The notes below the pieces were generated by a model. That model made no database searches, had not been told where the DNA came from, and saw nothing but the letters and a program-made list of their open reading frames with translations. Of a stretch of DNA of 64,000 bases, positions 9,715 through 19,093 are shown piece by piece. Made by a program: the position numbers and the translations under genes. Position 1 is the stretch's first letter. The number at the start of each line of letters is the position of its first letter. Source of the DNA: a virus; the IMG/VR virus record IMGVR_UViG_3300027733_000030, positions 32,001-96,000 of that record; one strand, written 5' to 3'.

Positions 9715-10349
9715 CAATTTTTAGAGCCTTTTAGTTTGCGGTAAAGATTCTTTTTATACTCTGAATTTTTCTTTTTCATTTCCTGATAATAATTAGAAGT
9801 TGTAATACTTTGCTTATTATTATCTTTCTTGCTATCTGGACTACTCCTAATAGCTTCCAGCATCCTATTATACACGCTAACTTCAGTTAGAGAGTCATTA
9901 TAGCGAAAAACAATTAACGCAATTCCATTATCCTTGCACCATTGTGCTTTGATTATATCTCTTTTTTGTGCTTCTTCAAATTCATATTTTGATTCAAAAA
10001 ATCTAGACGTGTAAAAGAAATGTTGACGGCCATGATATTCTGCAGCTATTCCATACGAAGGGCAATAAACATCTAATCGAAGTTTTTCGCCAATATGAAA
10101 TTCATTAACTACATCTTCTCCAGGCAAAAGTTTTTTCATTATCATTGTCAAAGCGGTTTGACCACGTGACATTTTCTTTTTAGAATCTTTTAACCAATTT
10201 AATCCAAGATAATTAATCTTTTTATTTATCTCAGATATTGGAACGTCAAGTTCTTTTGCTATTTGATTTATTGAATAATTAGTATCAAATAAAAGATCTA
10301 CTAAAAATTCAATATCATCATCTTGTATTTTTTTATAATTATCTTTCAT
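9714..10349 (-). CDS. N-terminal HTH plus Vsr/DUF559-like endonuclease
   Basis: SINQIAKELDVP (HTH); EFHIGEKLRLDVYCP...AAEYHGRQH. Confidence 0.7.
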   Translation of the reverse strand: MKDNYKKIQDDDIEFLVDLLFDTNYSINQIAKELDVPISEINKKINYLGLNWLKDSKKKMSRGQTALTMIMKKLLPGEDVVNEFHIGEKLRLDVYCPSYGIAAEYHGRQHFFYTSRFFESKYEFEEAQKRDIIKAQWCKDNGIALIVFRYNDSLTEVSVYNRMLEAIRSSPDSKKDNNKQSITTSNYYQEMKKKNSEYKKNLYRKLKGSKN

Positions 10350-10986
10350 TGGTACTGTTATGAAATGCAGCCTTGCTCAATGACAAAGTTTTACCAGTAT
10401 CAATTATGGATATGTTTAGATTATCCCACATCTTATTCATCAATGCTAAACCAAAGACACCACAATCTAGAAGGCAATAGTCTACTTCGTTTTCCATTTC
10501 CGCCAATTGTGCATAAACGCTATCTAACTTTTCGTGATAATTATTATATGGAACATTTATAATATGCGTATCAAATCCAAAGTGGCGTTGAGCCAACTTC
10601 TTATCATGGAGTGTAACGATAACTTTTGGAGTATTTCTAATATAGAAATCAATCACTGATTGATAGGCGTCTTTGTTATTTAGATAAAAGTATTCAAATA
10701 CGTTTGAATAGTAATACTCAAAGTTTTTGTTTAATCCAATTTTAAAATGTCTTCCATTTTCAATATCAGAAACTAGGGTATGTGAAATTGCTTTCATAAT
10801 TCTCTTGTCATTATTTTTTAATGAGGAGATAATATTCTTAGCAAAGTTAGCTGGAAAAGGATTCTCGCTATTTTTACTTAAGGCGACTATGGAAGATTTA
10901 GGAACATTAATGTAACTAAACTTTTCTTTTTTGCCCATTGCCGAAGTAAGATTTCTAAGTGAATCTGTTGGATTAAGAAATGTCAT
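10339..10986 (-). CDS. putative GT-D-fold (DUF1792-like) glycosyltransferase
   Basis: C-terminal YCLLDCGVFGLALMNKMW...IIDTGK resembles the GT-D 'LxxLGxxAxxL...AIDxG' signature. Confidence 0.5.
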   Translation of the reverse strand: MTFLNPTDSLRNLTSAMGKKEKFSYINVPKSSIVALSKNSENPFPANFAKNIISSLKNNDKRIMKAISHTLVSDIENGRHFKIGLNKNFEYYYSNVFEYFYLNNKDAYQSVIDFYIRNTPKVIVTLHDKKLAQRHFGFDTHIINVPYNNYHEKLDSVYAQLAEMENEVDYCLLDCGVFGLALMNKMWDNLNISIIDTGKTLSLSKAAFHNSTNER

Positions 10987-10997
10987 TTTATCTCCTA

Positions 10998-11690
10998 TTA
11001 AATTCCGAATGAACCCCAGTTAATCAAAACTGGCTTTTCATCTACGATTGAATTGATATGGTCTAACTGATGGAAAGCTCCACCGTCTAATTGTGAATAT
11101 CTCTGATGCTTAGAAATTTTATCTTCATCTCTGATATAGCCAAGGTGTTGCATTACGAGTTTAGAATCAACCCAGTAATTTTTTCTAGCAATCATATCAC
11201 CTACATAAGTAGGTTCAGATCCACACGCCAGCTGCCTATTATTGAACCCACCATTTTCTAAGTATCTAAATATTCTAGTACTATTATTTGGTGTCCATAG
11301 TTTATCAACTCTATACTGAGTTTCATTCCACATATGATAGAAGCGGACATTTACTACATCAAAAGGCGATGTATTTAAAACATCTCTAATTGGCGCATCA
11401 TCTAAATGATAGAGCTTTTCATCGCAGTCAATAGCTACGACCCAATCTCCAATACTGGCAAATTTTTCTAGATTACCCCAGGCGAAGGCTCTTAATTTTC
11501 CTTCATGAACATTAAAAAGTTGTTCAGGTGTTTGAAAAACTTCAGCGTACTTTGCTGCTATTTCAGGAGTATTATCAGTTGAACAATCATCTGTAAATAT
11601 TATTTTATCAACTTGAGTTGACAGTCTTTGCAAAACATCTTCCAAAAATCTAGAAGACTCATTTCTACCAATCATTTGTGCAATGATCAT
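10998..11690 (-). CDS. GT-A fold (family 2-like) glycosyltransferase
   Basis: IIAQMIGRNE...TDDCSTDNT...WVVAIDCDE (DxD)...HLGY; start refined to MIIAQ. Confidence 0.88.
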   Translation of the reverse strand: MIIAQMIGRNESSRFLEDVLQRLSTQVDKIIFTDDCSTDNTPEIAAKYAEVFQTPEQLFNVHEGKLRAFAWGNLEKFASIGDWVVAIDCDEKLYHLDDAPIRDVLNTSPFDVVNVRFYHMWNETQYRVDKLWTPNNSTRIFRYLENGGFNNRQLACGSEPTYVGDMIARKNYWVDSKLVMQHLGYIRDEDKISKHQRYSQLDGGAFHQLDHINSIVDEKPVLINWGSFGI

Positions 11691-11716
11691 TTTTTTCTTC
11701 CTTAGCTTTAAATGAG

Positions 11717-11742
11717 ATTGAGGGGGTTTTACCCCCCTCAAT
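11717..11742 (-). terminator. GC-rich hairpin, possible terminator or RNA-stability element
   Basis: ATTGAGGGGG-N6-CCCCCTCAAT in an intergenic gap; weak U-tract. Confidence 0.5.
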
Positions 11743-11781
11743 TTCTGTCCAATAATTACTTAGAGACTTTATTGACGAAGG

Positions 11782-11973
11782 TCAGTCGACCATCTGTTCA
11801 CGAGCCTCAACAGCCGAAATTCGCTCAGTCTCTACTTCTCTGTAGAGCATCTCTCCAAGAGCTGAACGACGATTGCTCGAACTTGTTGCAATCTTCTCTG
11901 CGTCTGTTTTGTTGTTAGCCTTCACGAGCGAAGTTGTTGTCACTGTGAAATACTTGAACTTGTTATCTGACAT
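11782..11973 (-). CDS. 63-aa hypothetical protein
   Basis: ORF track; AAAGGT SD; followed by a hairpin. Confidence 0.75.
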   Translation of the reverse strand: MSDNKFKYFTVTTTSLVKANNKTDAEKIATSSSNRRSALGEMLYREVETERISAVEAREQMVD

Positions 11974-11988
11974 TGGTATTACCTTTCA

Positions 11989-12393
11989 TTAATTTGATGG
12001 ATAATTGGTTGCGATATATTCTATCGCATCTTGCATTGTTGATGCAAGTTTTGTTGCCATATATTTTAGGTAAACTCTGTTCTTATTAGAGTCACAGCAA
12101 AAGACTACTGCTGGCTGATTATTGAATTTAGCCCAAGCTAATTCAAAGTCAGTTCCTATATATGCGCGATCTTGTAACATATATTCTACCAGAATAATAT
12201 CTGCTCGGCGTTGCATGAACAAATTTTTTTCAACAATTTCTTCTGGTGTTTCGTACCCTTGATCTACAATAGTAGTTGGATCCAATACGTCATAGCCTGC
12301 AAGATGCAGTGCTCTAGTTGCTGACTTGCGCCAAAAGCGTCCATAGTCTTCAACGCCTTCAATTGCTCCGGAAAGAAATACTTTAAGCGGCAT
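11989..12393 (-). CDS. nucleoside 2-deoxyribosyltransferase / DNPH1-like N-glycosidase
   Basis: VFLSGAI...GYDVLDP...ADIILV...GTDFELAWA. Confidence 0.8.
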   Translation of the reverse strand: MPLKVFLSGAIEGVEDYGRFWRKSATRALHLAGYDVLDPTTIVDQGYETPEEIVEKNLFMQRRADIILVEYMLQDRAYIGTDFELAWAKFNNQPAVVFCCDSNKNRVYLKYMATKLASTMQDAIEYIATNYPSN

Positions 12394-12802
12394 ATACTAA
12401 TCCTGGCCAATAGTATTCTAAGTCATTTGGTTCGTCAAAATATTGCGAATAATATCCAAAGTCTTTACGAAGAAGATTTGATCTATGAGATCTATGGAAT
12501 TCTTCATTCCCAAACCAGGCCGGCATTACTACACTGCCTGGATCTATCTCTTCATATTGCATATTGTTCTTATATCCCCTATTGACCCATTCTCGAATAG
12601 TTATATTTTGATATAACTTTAGAGCAGATTCATAACCAGTCCACATCAATGTTACCGGATGATTTCTCCAGCCTTTTGTAGGTGTTCTTTCTAGGAGTAT
12701 ATTCAGGACTTGGAATGTTTCAACACGTTGCTTTCCAAGACGACGATAATCTAATACTTCTACAGATTTTTTAAAGTCTGCATATGGTATAAATGTCTGC
12801 AT
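12383..12802 (-). CDS. pyrimidine-dimer DNA glycosylase (T4 DenV-like, MSMEG_6728 family)
   Basis: MQTFIPY...LDYRRLGKQRVE...WRNHPVTLMW. Confidence 0.85.
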   Translation of the reverse strand: MQTFIPYADFKKSVEVLDYRRLGKQRVETFQVLNILLERTPTKGWRNHPVTLMWTGYESALKLYQNITIREWVNRGYKNNMQYEEIDPGSVVMPAWFGNEEFHRSHRSNLLRKDFGYYSQYFDEPNDLEYYWPGLVYAA

Positions 12803-12803
12803 T

Positions 12804-13202
12804 TTAGTCCTTTTTGAATTCAGTGAATGTTTTGTCGCCTACGCCAAAGTATTCTCTAGCAAGACCAGACGCTATTATAGCATCATTTAGACACTCTCCG
12901 GCTTGATTCCATACTCTTGCTAGCACTCTTCCGTACTTTTCATTCTTGTCAATAATTGTTTCTATCTTAACTTTATGATTGGCGGCTGTTAACCACTGAT
13001 CAGTAAATTCTTTTGCAGCTAGACCCATTTTCTTTTCTTCAAGATTAGTTGTGCGACTCTCAGGAGTATTTACTCCATAAAGACGAACTCTACCTCTTTT
13101 TAGTGTATCGAATCCCAAATCGATAACAATATCAAATGTATCGCCATCAATTGTTTTCTTGACCTCTGCGTTGTAGATCCAAGGGTTTAGTTTATCTGTC
13201 AT
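12804..13202 (-). CDS. thermonuclease (staphylococcal nuclease family)
   Basis: IDGDT...RVRLYGVNTPE...KYGRVLA. Confidence 0.9.
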   Translation of the reverse strand: MTDKLNPWIYNAEVKKTIDGDTFDIVIDLGFDTLKRGRVRLYGVNTPESRTTNLEEKKMGLAAKEFTDQWLTAANHKVKIETIIDKNEKYGRVLARVWNQAGECLNDAIIASGLAREYFGVGDKTFTEFKKD

Positions 13203-13203
13203 G

Positions 13204-13995
13204 TTAATCTCTTTCTATTCCAATGTAGTCGCATGCTTTGCGAAATAATGCTTGACTTTCTTTAAATTTAGAATCTGCTTCTCCGCCGACAACTGAAGAT
13301 TTATGCCAACTGTGCCCGATGGATACACTTCCATCATACACCACATTGTAACCTAAGTGTCTGGCAAAGTATGAACACCAGGTTTCCTCATAATAATGAG
13401 GGGTAGGGAGAAATGCGCCTGTTACCCCTGGATACATCTCTTGATACTTGGGATGGTTTGTTAGTGCATTCCAAACTTCTCTACGGATAAAGTATGCGGA
13501 GCCTGAGACCGTAACGCATGGAACTCTATCTTTGTAAAGATGATCGTCAAAATCGCTTTGTCTCCAACCACGATGAGTTGGAGCTGTATTGGTTCCCACG
13601 ATTCCGGCGTGCGTTATCAATCCATTTTCGTCTCTTTGCTTGGGACCTAGAATATGAATATCTGGATTCTCATCAAAAATTTGTTGAGCTCTTACCATAG
13701 AACTACTAGTCATCCATACGTCAGCATTTAGTAGTGCAATCACGTCAGACGAGCCTTCAGCTGCCAATTGATTGCAAGCTCCAGAATATCCTATATTATC
13801 ATTGTGATAGAATTTATTAATTCTATATCTTTGATAATTGTATTTTAACCAACTAGCACTGTCGTCTTGCGAACCGTTGTCTGCTATATATAGATTCCAA
13901 ACCTTAGGAGTATCATGCAGATCACTGTGTAAGCAGTCTAGAAACCTATTCAGCAGTGGTCTTGTATTGTAATTAATTACGCATAGGTCTATCAA
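13204..13995 (-). CDS. family 2 glycosyltransferase
   Basis: VINYNT...IADNGSQD...NIGYSGACN...LLNAD...YYEET. Confidence 0.9.
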   Translation of the reverse strand: MIDLCVINYNTRPLLNRFLDCLHSDLHDTPKVWNLYIADNGSQDDSASWLKYNYQRYRINKFYHNDNIGYSGACNQLAAEGSSDVIALLNADVWMTSSSMVRAQQIFDENPDIHILGPKQRDENGLITHAGIVGTNTAPTHRGWRQSDFDDHLYKDRVPCVTVSGSAYFIRREVWNALTNHPKYQEMYPGVTGAFLPTPHYYEETWCSYFARHLGYNVVYDGSVSIGHSWHKSSVVGGEADSKFKESQALFRKACDYIGIERD

Positions 13996-14246
13996 TTTAT
14001 TTCTCCAAATTCAATTACCGCATCAAAAGCGGATGTGGGACTTAATCCGAATTCTACTAAAGACAAGAATTCTTGTTCTATATCAAATAATAAATCGGAG
14101 TCATAAAACTCTTTCAATCTATTTTTATATTGATATACAGTTGGATCTTTTTTCTTGGGTTTTAAAGAATTGATAGATTTATTTCTAGCAATTGAAACGC
14201 CCAAAATAAAAGAGCTAATCAAGAAAGTAATTTTACCATTCTTCAT
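13992..14246 (-). CDS. hypothetical protein with N-terminal hydrophobic segment
   Basis: ORF track; start refined to MKNGKITFLISSFILGVSIA. Confidence 0.6.
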   Translation of the reverse strand: MKNGKITFLISSFILGVSIARNKSINSLKPKKKDPTVYQYKNRLKEFYDSDLLFDIEQEFLSLVEFGLSPTSAFDAVIEFGEIN

Positions 14247-14451
14247 ATTCAGTATCTGATTCGTTGTAGTGATTTTCATTAGCTTGAAATCTTATATGAT
14301 CTGCTATTTCTCTAAATGAATCTGAATGTTCATCTTGATGTTCAGTAGCTAAATAATCATATGTTTCAGCTATGTGCATAGCTAGCTCATGGCTAATCAC
14401 TATTGCAGTTTCCCCTATATTCAATTTTACTGAGATTTTTTTCTTACTCAT
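14233..14451 (-). CDS. hypothetical protein
   Basis: ORF track; start refined to MSKKK. Confidence 0.6.
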   Translation of the reverse strand: MSKKKISVKLNIGETAIVISHELAMHIAETYDYLATEHQDEHSDSFREIADHIRFQANENHYNESDTEYEEW

Positions 14452-14665
14452 TTGCTTCCTTGTCATTACTTTCTTGATCATTACTTACTTTATACAAACA
14501 GATATTGTCGGTGTCTGGTTCAAATGTTACAAAAAATATATTCTTATCCTCCAAAGACATTCCTTCAGGAGGAGGACTATCAAGTGCTATTTTTTTAGAT
14601 GAACATCCGTAAACTTGACTATGATTTTTATATACTACCATATAATTCAGTTTAGCTGCTGGCAT
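14444..14665 (-). CDS. hypothetical protein
   Basis: ORF track; overlaps neighbours in operon fashion. Confidence 0.6.
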   Translation of the reverse strand: MPAAKLNYMVVYKNHSQVYGCSSKKIALDSPPPEGMSLEDKNIFFVTFEPDTDNICLYKVSNDQESNDKEANE

Positions 14666-15113
14666 TATTGACCTCGAATAAATTGATTGAACATTCTGAT
14701 AAAAATTTCTTTACGTTGTCCCAATCCTTATAAGATTCATCATATAAGTAATAGACATTTTTTATTGTTGAATTAGCTATTAGTTTAGCGCAAGAAAAAC
14801 ATGGAGGACCATTTATATATATTTTTTCTGGTCTACTAGAATAATCAGAATGAAGTAATGCATTAGCTTCAGCATGTACTGCTATGCAGTTATCATAGTT
14901 AGATCCACTAGGTGACTTTTCTGCTAGTCTAGGGCAACCGCCATCTTCGCAATGTTTCTTACCTCTAGGTCCACCATTATAGCCTACTCCAACTATATGA
15001 CCCTGTACATCAACTAACACTGCTGAATATTTTCTTTTTCCACAAGTAGAAAAAATATTAGCTACGGCAGTACACATCTGCATGTACTGAATGTCTTTTC
15101 TTGTAACTGTCAT
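14652..15113 (-). CDS. dCMP deaminase
   Basis: GYNG...HAEANA...PCFSC zinc-deaminase motifs. Confidence 0.92.
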   Translation of the reverse strand: MTVTRKDIQYMQMCTAVANIFSTCGKRKYSAVLVDVQGHIVGVGYNGGPRGKKHCEDGGCPRLAEKSPSGSNYDNCIAVHAEANALLHSDYSSRPEKIYINGPPCFSCAKLIANSTIKNVYYLYDESYKDWDNVKKFLSECSINLFEVNNASS

Positions 15114-15271
15114 AGAACTAATATAGCCGCAATTGCTGAAGCGAGTATGGATATTATAATTGTTATTTTCCTATTCTTTGTACTAGTTGCAGATTGAGAT
15201 ATGGACTGCATCGTAAATGCCCAATTAATGAATATTACAAATAGAATTATTCTAACTGCATCTATTATCAT
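15110..15271 (-). CDS. 53-aa two-TM membrane protein (not in ORF track)
   Basis: MIIDAVRIILFVIFINWAFTM...KNRKITIIISILASAIAAILVL*; ATGA overlaps at both ends. Confidence 0.7.
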   Translation of the reverse strand: MIIDAVRIILFVIFINWAFTMQSISQSATSTKNRKITIIISILASAIAAILVL

Positions 15272-15981
15272 GATACACCAGTTAATAGTGGTATTGATAC
15301 AGGAAATTTATCAATAATTAAATCTTTAACAGCGCGAGCATAGTCTTGAATTTCTCTTTGGGCGTCTTCTTCAAGGCGTTGATTTAGGAATAGGGCTACT
15401 GATTGCAGGCTGCATGACCATCTATAAATGACATACATTCCATATGCTGGAAGGAATAGTCTTGCTTGTTCAGCTGCTACACCATTTTGCATTGCCATAT
15501 TATAAAGAGCTTCTCCCTGTTGAATATAGTCTTCTAATTGTTGAGTCAAAAGCGTTCCAGTCCAAGGGTCAAGGGGTCCTCCGGATCCCTGTTTTTTATT
15601 GTCTGGTGCCAGTCTCCATTCTTCTTGTGATGGAATATAAAATTCAGGTTCAGAAGTTATATATCTTCTACTAGATTCATTCCATGAATCCATAGTATGA
15701 TCAGATCCAATAACATACTTCCAATGCTGACGAGCAACCATTAACGGTGCCTTAATTTCAAAAGTCATAAACGCATGTCTGAAAGGTGACATATGATTTT
15801 CTCTTGCTAAATAATCGATTAATCGTGCATCTCTTGCAGATAAAGTAGTTGATTCTTTAGCGAAAGAAGCTCGTGCGGCATTGGCTACACTAAGATCTGA
15901 ACCCATTACGTCTACTAATCTTACGTAACCTTTATCTAAAACTTTTTTAATGGAGGGTTCATTAACTGAATCATATTCCAT
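15268..15981 (-). CDS. thyX: flavin-dependent thymidylate synthase
   Basis: HMSPF, VARQ, NESSRRY, EQARLFLP, AQREI; start refined after AAGGAG. Confidence 0.93.
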   Translation of the reverse strand: MEYDSVNEPSIKKVLDKGYVRLVDVMGSDLSVANAARASFAKESTTLSARDARLIDYLARENHMSPFRHAFMTFEIKAPLMVARQHWKYVIGSDHTMDSWNESSRRYITSEPEFYIPSQEEWRLAPDNKKQGSGGPLDPWTGTLLTQQLEDYIQQGEALYNMAMQNGVAAEQARLFLPAYGMYVIYRWSCSLQSVALFLNQRLEEDAQREIQDYARAVKDLIIDKFPVSIPLLTGVS

Positions 15982-16330
15982 TTTCATCTCCTTCATCATC
16001 TATGTCAAAATCAGAGTAATATTCTACCATACATTCATTAAAATCTTCAGATATTTTATAGAGCGAAGACAATAAACTACTGTAAACGTTATGCCCAGTA
16101 GTTATTAATTGTTCTTCTCCATCAACTGCATTTATTAGAACTTCAGATATATGGCTCATTGCATCTGATAAAGATTGCTGGATTAAAAGAAGTTCCTTTA
16201 ATCCAAGTTTTACATCTTTTTCAAAATGATCTGACATATCTTTTAATTCATCTGAACTAACAATTTCAGTAAATATTTTTTCAAAATCTTCATTATCAAA
16301 GTTTTCTTTTTCAGGCATGGTATTTGTCAC
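15971..16330 (-). CDS. acidic hypothetical protein
   Basis: ORF track; coupled to nrdJ and thyX. Confidence 0.65.
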   Translation of the reverse strand: MTNTMPEKENFDNEDFEKIFTEIVSSDELKDMSDHFEKDVKLGLKELLLIQQSLSDAMSHISEVLINAVDGEEQLITTGHNVYSSLLSSLYKISEDFNECMVEYYSDFDIDDEGDENGI

Positions 16331-18261
16331 TTAATTGGACAGGCTCCACCTTCACACTCAAGACTATCTAATAAATCTATATTGCTAGAATCGGCAAAAT
16401 TAATTCCATCTTTAATTTTGGACTTTAGTTTATTATATGTGTCCAATGTAATTTCTTCATACGGAGCCATAATAAAACCATGATCACTATGAAGAAGGAA
16501 TGAAACTGACTTCACTTTATTCTTATAGTTTTTCTTCATCCATTCTTGGATTTCAGGAAGTTCTTCTTTACGATAATATACCGTAACACTTACATTATTA
16601 TCTGCCCAACTTGTTTGAGCGCGGACTACCCATTCGAGTTGCTGTATGGCTGTCATTTCTTTTGCCAACGTCGCATGTTCGGGTGTTTCGCATGGGAATT
16701 CTACTACGCAAATTGTATGATTTTCCTTGCCATCTAATCCAATGTCATATTGAACTTTATGACCTTTTTCTCTACAATAATTAACCAACGGATCGTTGCT
16801 GCCCATGCGTACGCGGCGAATATAATATTGCGCATACGCTGGATGAATACCAGGAGTAACTCCAGCTAAAAGGCTCAATGTGCCACTAGGCTTAACTGTT
16901 GTTAACTTAATTGATTTATTAATTTTGATTTCATTTGACCACTTTTCGTCAACAGCTTTAAGATTCTTATAAGCGTCGTCAACCCAAGACAATTGTTCTT
17001 CCGTGGCTTGGAGCCAGCCAGTAATACCTTGACCTAATCTTCTATTTCGCTCAATTACATCTCGGCTCTTTTTGTATGGATAAGCCAATGTTGTAATGGC
17101 TTTTTGCGTCTTATAAAGAAGTGCACTAACATCAAATAATTCTTCCTTAGAAGAAATATTGGGTAAGAAAATTTCAGCCAGATTACAAGGCTCACCGTCT
17201 TCTAAGCCAATTTCCCCACATGGATTAGTTCCAATAACTTTATTGTCATTAACTTTTTCGCCAAGTCGACCATTCTTACGAATTAAATTACGGTTAATCA
17301 AACCATACGGCTCACCAGATCCATCATAACCCTTCCAGAATTCATCAATTATTTCATCATATGAATCTGCGTAAATTGAGTTATTAGAGTTTGCACGCCA
17401 AGCTGGAATATCTCCCTTACCCCAATTCTTAGCCTTTAAGAAGAGGAAGTCATCAGGATCTCCAATGGCGATTTGAGCAGAACGGCGGGCAGAACCAGCT
17501 ACCACTATTTTGCCTATTATGTTAGCGATATCTAGGGCGTCGATGGAACGAATTTTCTTTCCAACTCTAGCATTAAGAATCTCACATATATTTTGAATTC
17601 CCTCAATGAGAACTTCAGGGCCTGAGGCTGTTCCCCCAAATGTCTTGAGAGTAGCGCCATATCCACGAACTAGAATGGTGCTATAAGTAAAGGATTCTCC
17701 AGTTTCAAAATAACTCTTGAGAACCTTACCAAGCAAAGCTGACCAACCGTTGCGTGAATCACCTACAATAAAGTCAGCGTCGTTAGTCTTTTCATGGCGA
17801 ACATAGCCAACATTTTGTACTTTGGGGAAATCGTGAACACTAGCTCTTTCGACTGTAAAACCGACTCCACCGCCAACCATTAAATGGTCCATTAAAAACT
17901 GAAAATCTTCAACTTTTGAGATTGTTGTCATCCAACAATTAACCAAAGAAACGCCACTCATTTTTTCTACTAGGGGTGTGCCTAACTGCCACAAGCACCG
18001 TCCGGCAAAAATACCTTTAAGATTAAAAATATAATCAAATAATCTTTCAGCTTCTTCTTTCGTATAATTCGCCCCAATTGCTTGGGCTCCATTGATGCAG
18101 CGTTCAATCGTCTCATGCCAGTATTCTTTACGGCCTAGAGATTCAATGTCTCTTGAATAAGTTCTGCGATAGACTATTTCCCCTAAACCATTAAAGCCCC
18201 AAGGTGCTTTTTTATCTGCGTATGAATTAACGAATTCTTTTGAAAGAATAATATTTTCCAT
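16327..18261 (-). CDS. nrdJ: class II (adenosylcobalamin-dependent) ribonucleotide reductase, monomeric RTPR type
   Basis: RTYSR, NCW, GGGVG, TNPCGEI, PCNLAE, TVKPSGT, C-terminal CEGGACPIK. Confidence 0.92.
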   Translation of the reverse strand: MENIILSKEFVNSYADKKAPWGFNGLGEIVYRRTYSRDIESLGRKEYWHETIERCINGAQAIGANYTKEEAERLFDYIFNLKGIFAGRCLWQLGTPLVEKMSGVSLVNCWMTTISKVEDFQFLMDHLMVGGGVGFTVERASVHDFPKVQNVGYVRHEKTNDADFIVGDSRNGWSALLGKVLKSYFETGESFTYSTILVRGYGATLKTFGGTASGPEVLIEGIQNICEILNARVGKKIRSIDALDIANIIGKIVVAGSARRSAQIAIGDPDDFLFLKAKNWGKGDIPAWRANSNNSIYADSYDEIIDEFWKGYDGSGEPYGLINRNLIRKNGRLGEKVNDNKVIGTNPCGEIGLEDGEPCNLAEIFLPNISSKEELFDVSALLYKTQKAITTLAYPYKKSRDVIERNRRLGQGITGWLQATEEQLSWVDDAYKNLKAVDEKWSNEIKINKSIKLTTVKPSGTLSLLAGVTPGIHPAYAQYYIRRVRMGSNDPLVNYCREKGHKVQYDIGLDGKENHTICVVEFPCETPEHATLAKEMTAIQQLEWVVRAQTSWADNNVSVTVYYRKEELPEIQEWMKKNYKNKVKSVSFLLHSDHGFIMAPYEEITLDTYNKLKSKIKDGINFADSSNIDLLDSLECEGGACPIK

Positions 18262-18264
18262 TTG

Positions 18265-18975
18265 TTATGCTCCTATTTTATTTTCTATTTTTCTTATGTA
18301 TTTAGGGTTTATTTTAGCTATCTCTGTTGACTTTATTTTGCATATCTGGTCTAACGTATACACCTTATGTATTTGTTTTTCAAAAAAGTATCCGCTTCGC
18401 CAGTTGAATACTTTATTGACAAATACCTTATGATTCACAAACATATTACATATTACAGCACCGCCATATGCTTTAACAATATTCTTGAATTTATTTTCAA
18501 TATCCTCACGATTATTATCATTTATGCACTCATGGCTTACAGCTGACTCGTATAGCCAGTTGTAAGCTTGTCTAGTCATTGGTGCTATGTCAATTGGCTC
18601 TACAATACCAAGTGTTATTATTTTATTCCTATTTTTAGATATCTCAAGATCTTCTTTTAGAACATCTATAAATACCTTAAACCAATCGTCTCTATAGAAT
18701 TGTTTCCATGCGGTACACCAGAATAGTAAGTTACTGGGTGGATCTGGTATGGGCGTATTTTCTACTAGAGGAAGTATAGTAGCGCAGGCTACTGCTCGTT
18801 TAATGTGATCTTTTGCTTCAGTTTCGTTACTAAATTTGTTCATTGAATTTTTCCATAGGGCAGCAATGTGTTCCGACCAACTTATATCTGCTATGTACAG
18901 TTTTAAATACTTTTCTGCGACAGAGAGTGGAAGGCTATTGGTATTAATAGCTTCTTCTATTTCTTTCATTGACAT
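18265..18975 (-). CDS. hypothetical protein
   Basis: ORF track; AAGGA SD; first gene after the terminator. Confidence 0.75.
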   Translation of the reverse strand: MSMKEIEEAINTNSLPLSVAEKYLKLYIADISWSEHIAALWKNSMNKFSNETEAKDHIKRAVACATILPLVENTPIPDPPSNLLFWCTAWKQFYRDDWFKVFIDVLKEDLEISKNRNKIITLGIVEPIDIAPMTRQAYNWLYESAVSHECINDNNREDIENKFKNIVKAYGGAVICNMFVNHKVFVNKVFNWRSGYFFEKQIHKVYTLDQICKIKSTEIAKINPKYIRKIENKIGA

Positions 18976-19031
18976 TTAGAATCCTTCATAAGATTGGATA
19001 AACAGGTTAAAAGGTATAAAAGGCTGACATT

Positions 19032-19060
19032 AATAAGACAACCCCGCCATTAAGGCGGGG
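19032..19060 (-). terminator. intrinsic terminator downstream of the holin
   Basis: CCCCGCC-TTAAT-GGCGGGG followed by TTGTCTTATT on the minus strand. Confidence 0.7.
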
Positions 19061-19093
19061 CTGCTTATAGTTCTTGCTTCCTGCATGCACACT

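Noticed and set aside
9714-10349. Mobile homing endonuclease
   Set aside because: No intron or insertion boundaries; overlaps both neighbours like a resident operon gene
1935-18261. Inteins or introns in DnaE, DnaB or NrdJ
   Set aside because: Lengths are typical, conserved motifs are contiguous, and no intein or LAGLIDADG motifs were seen
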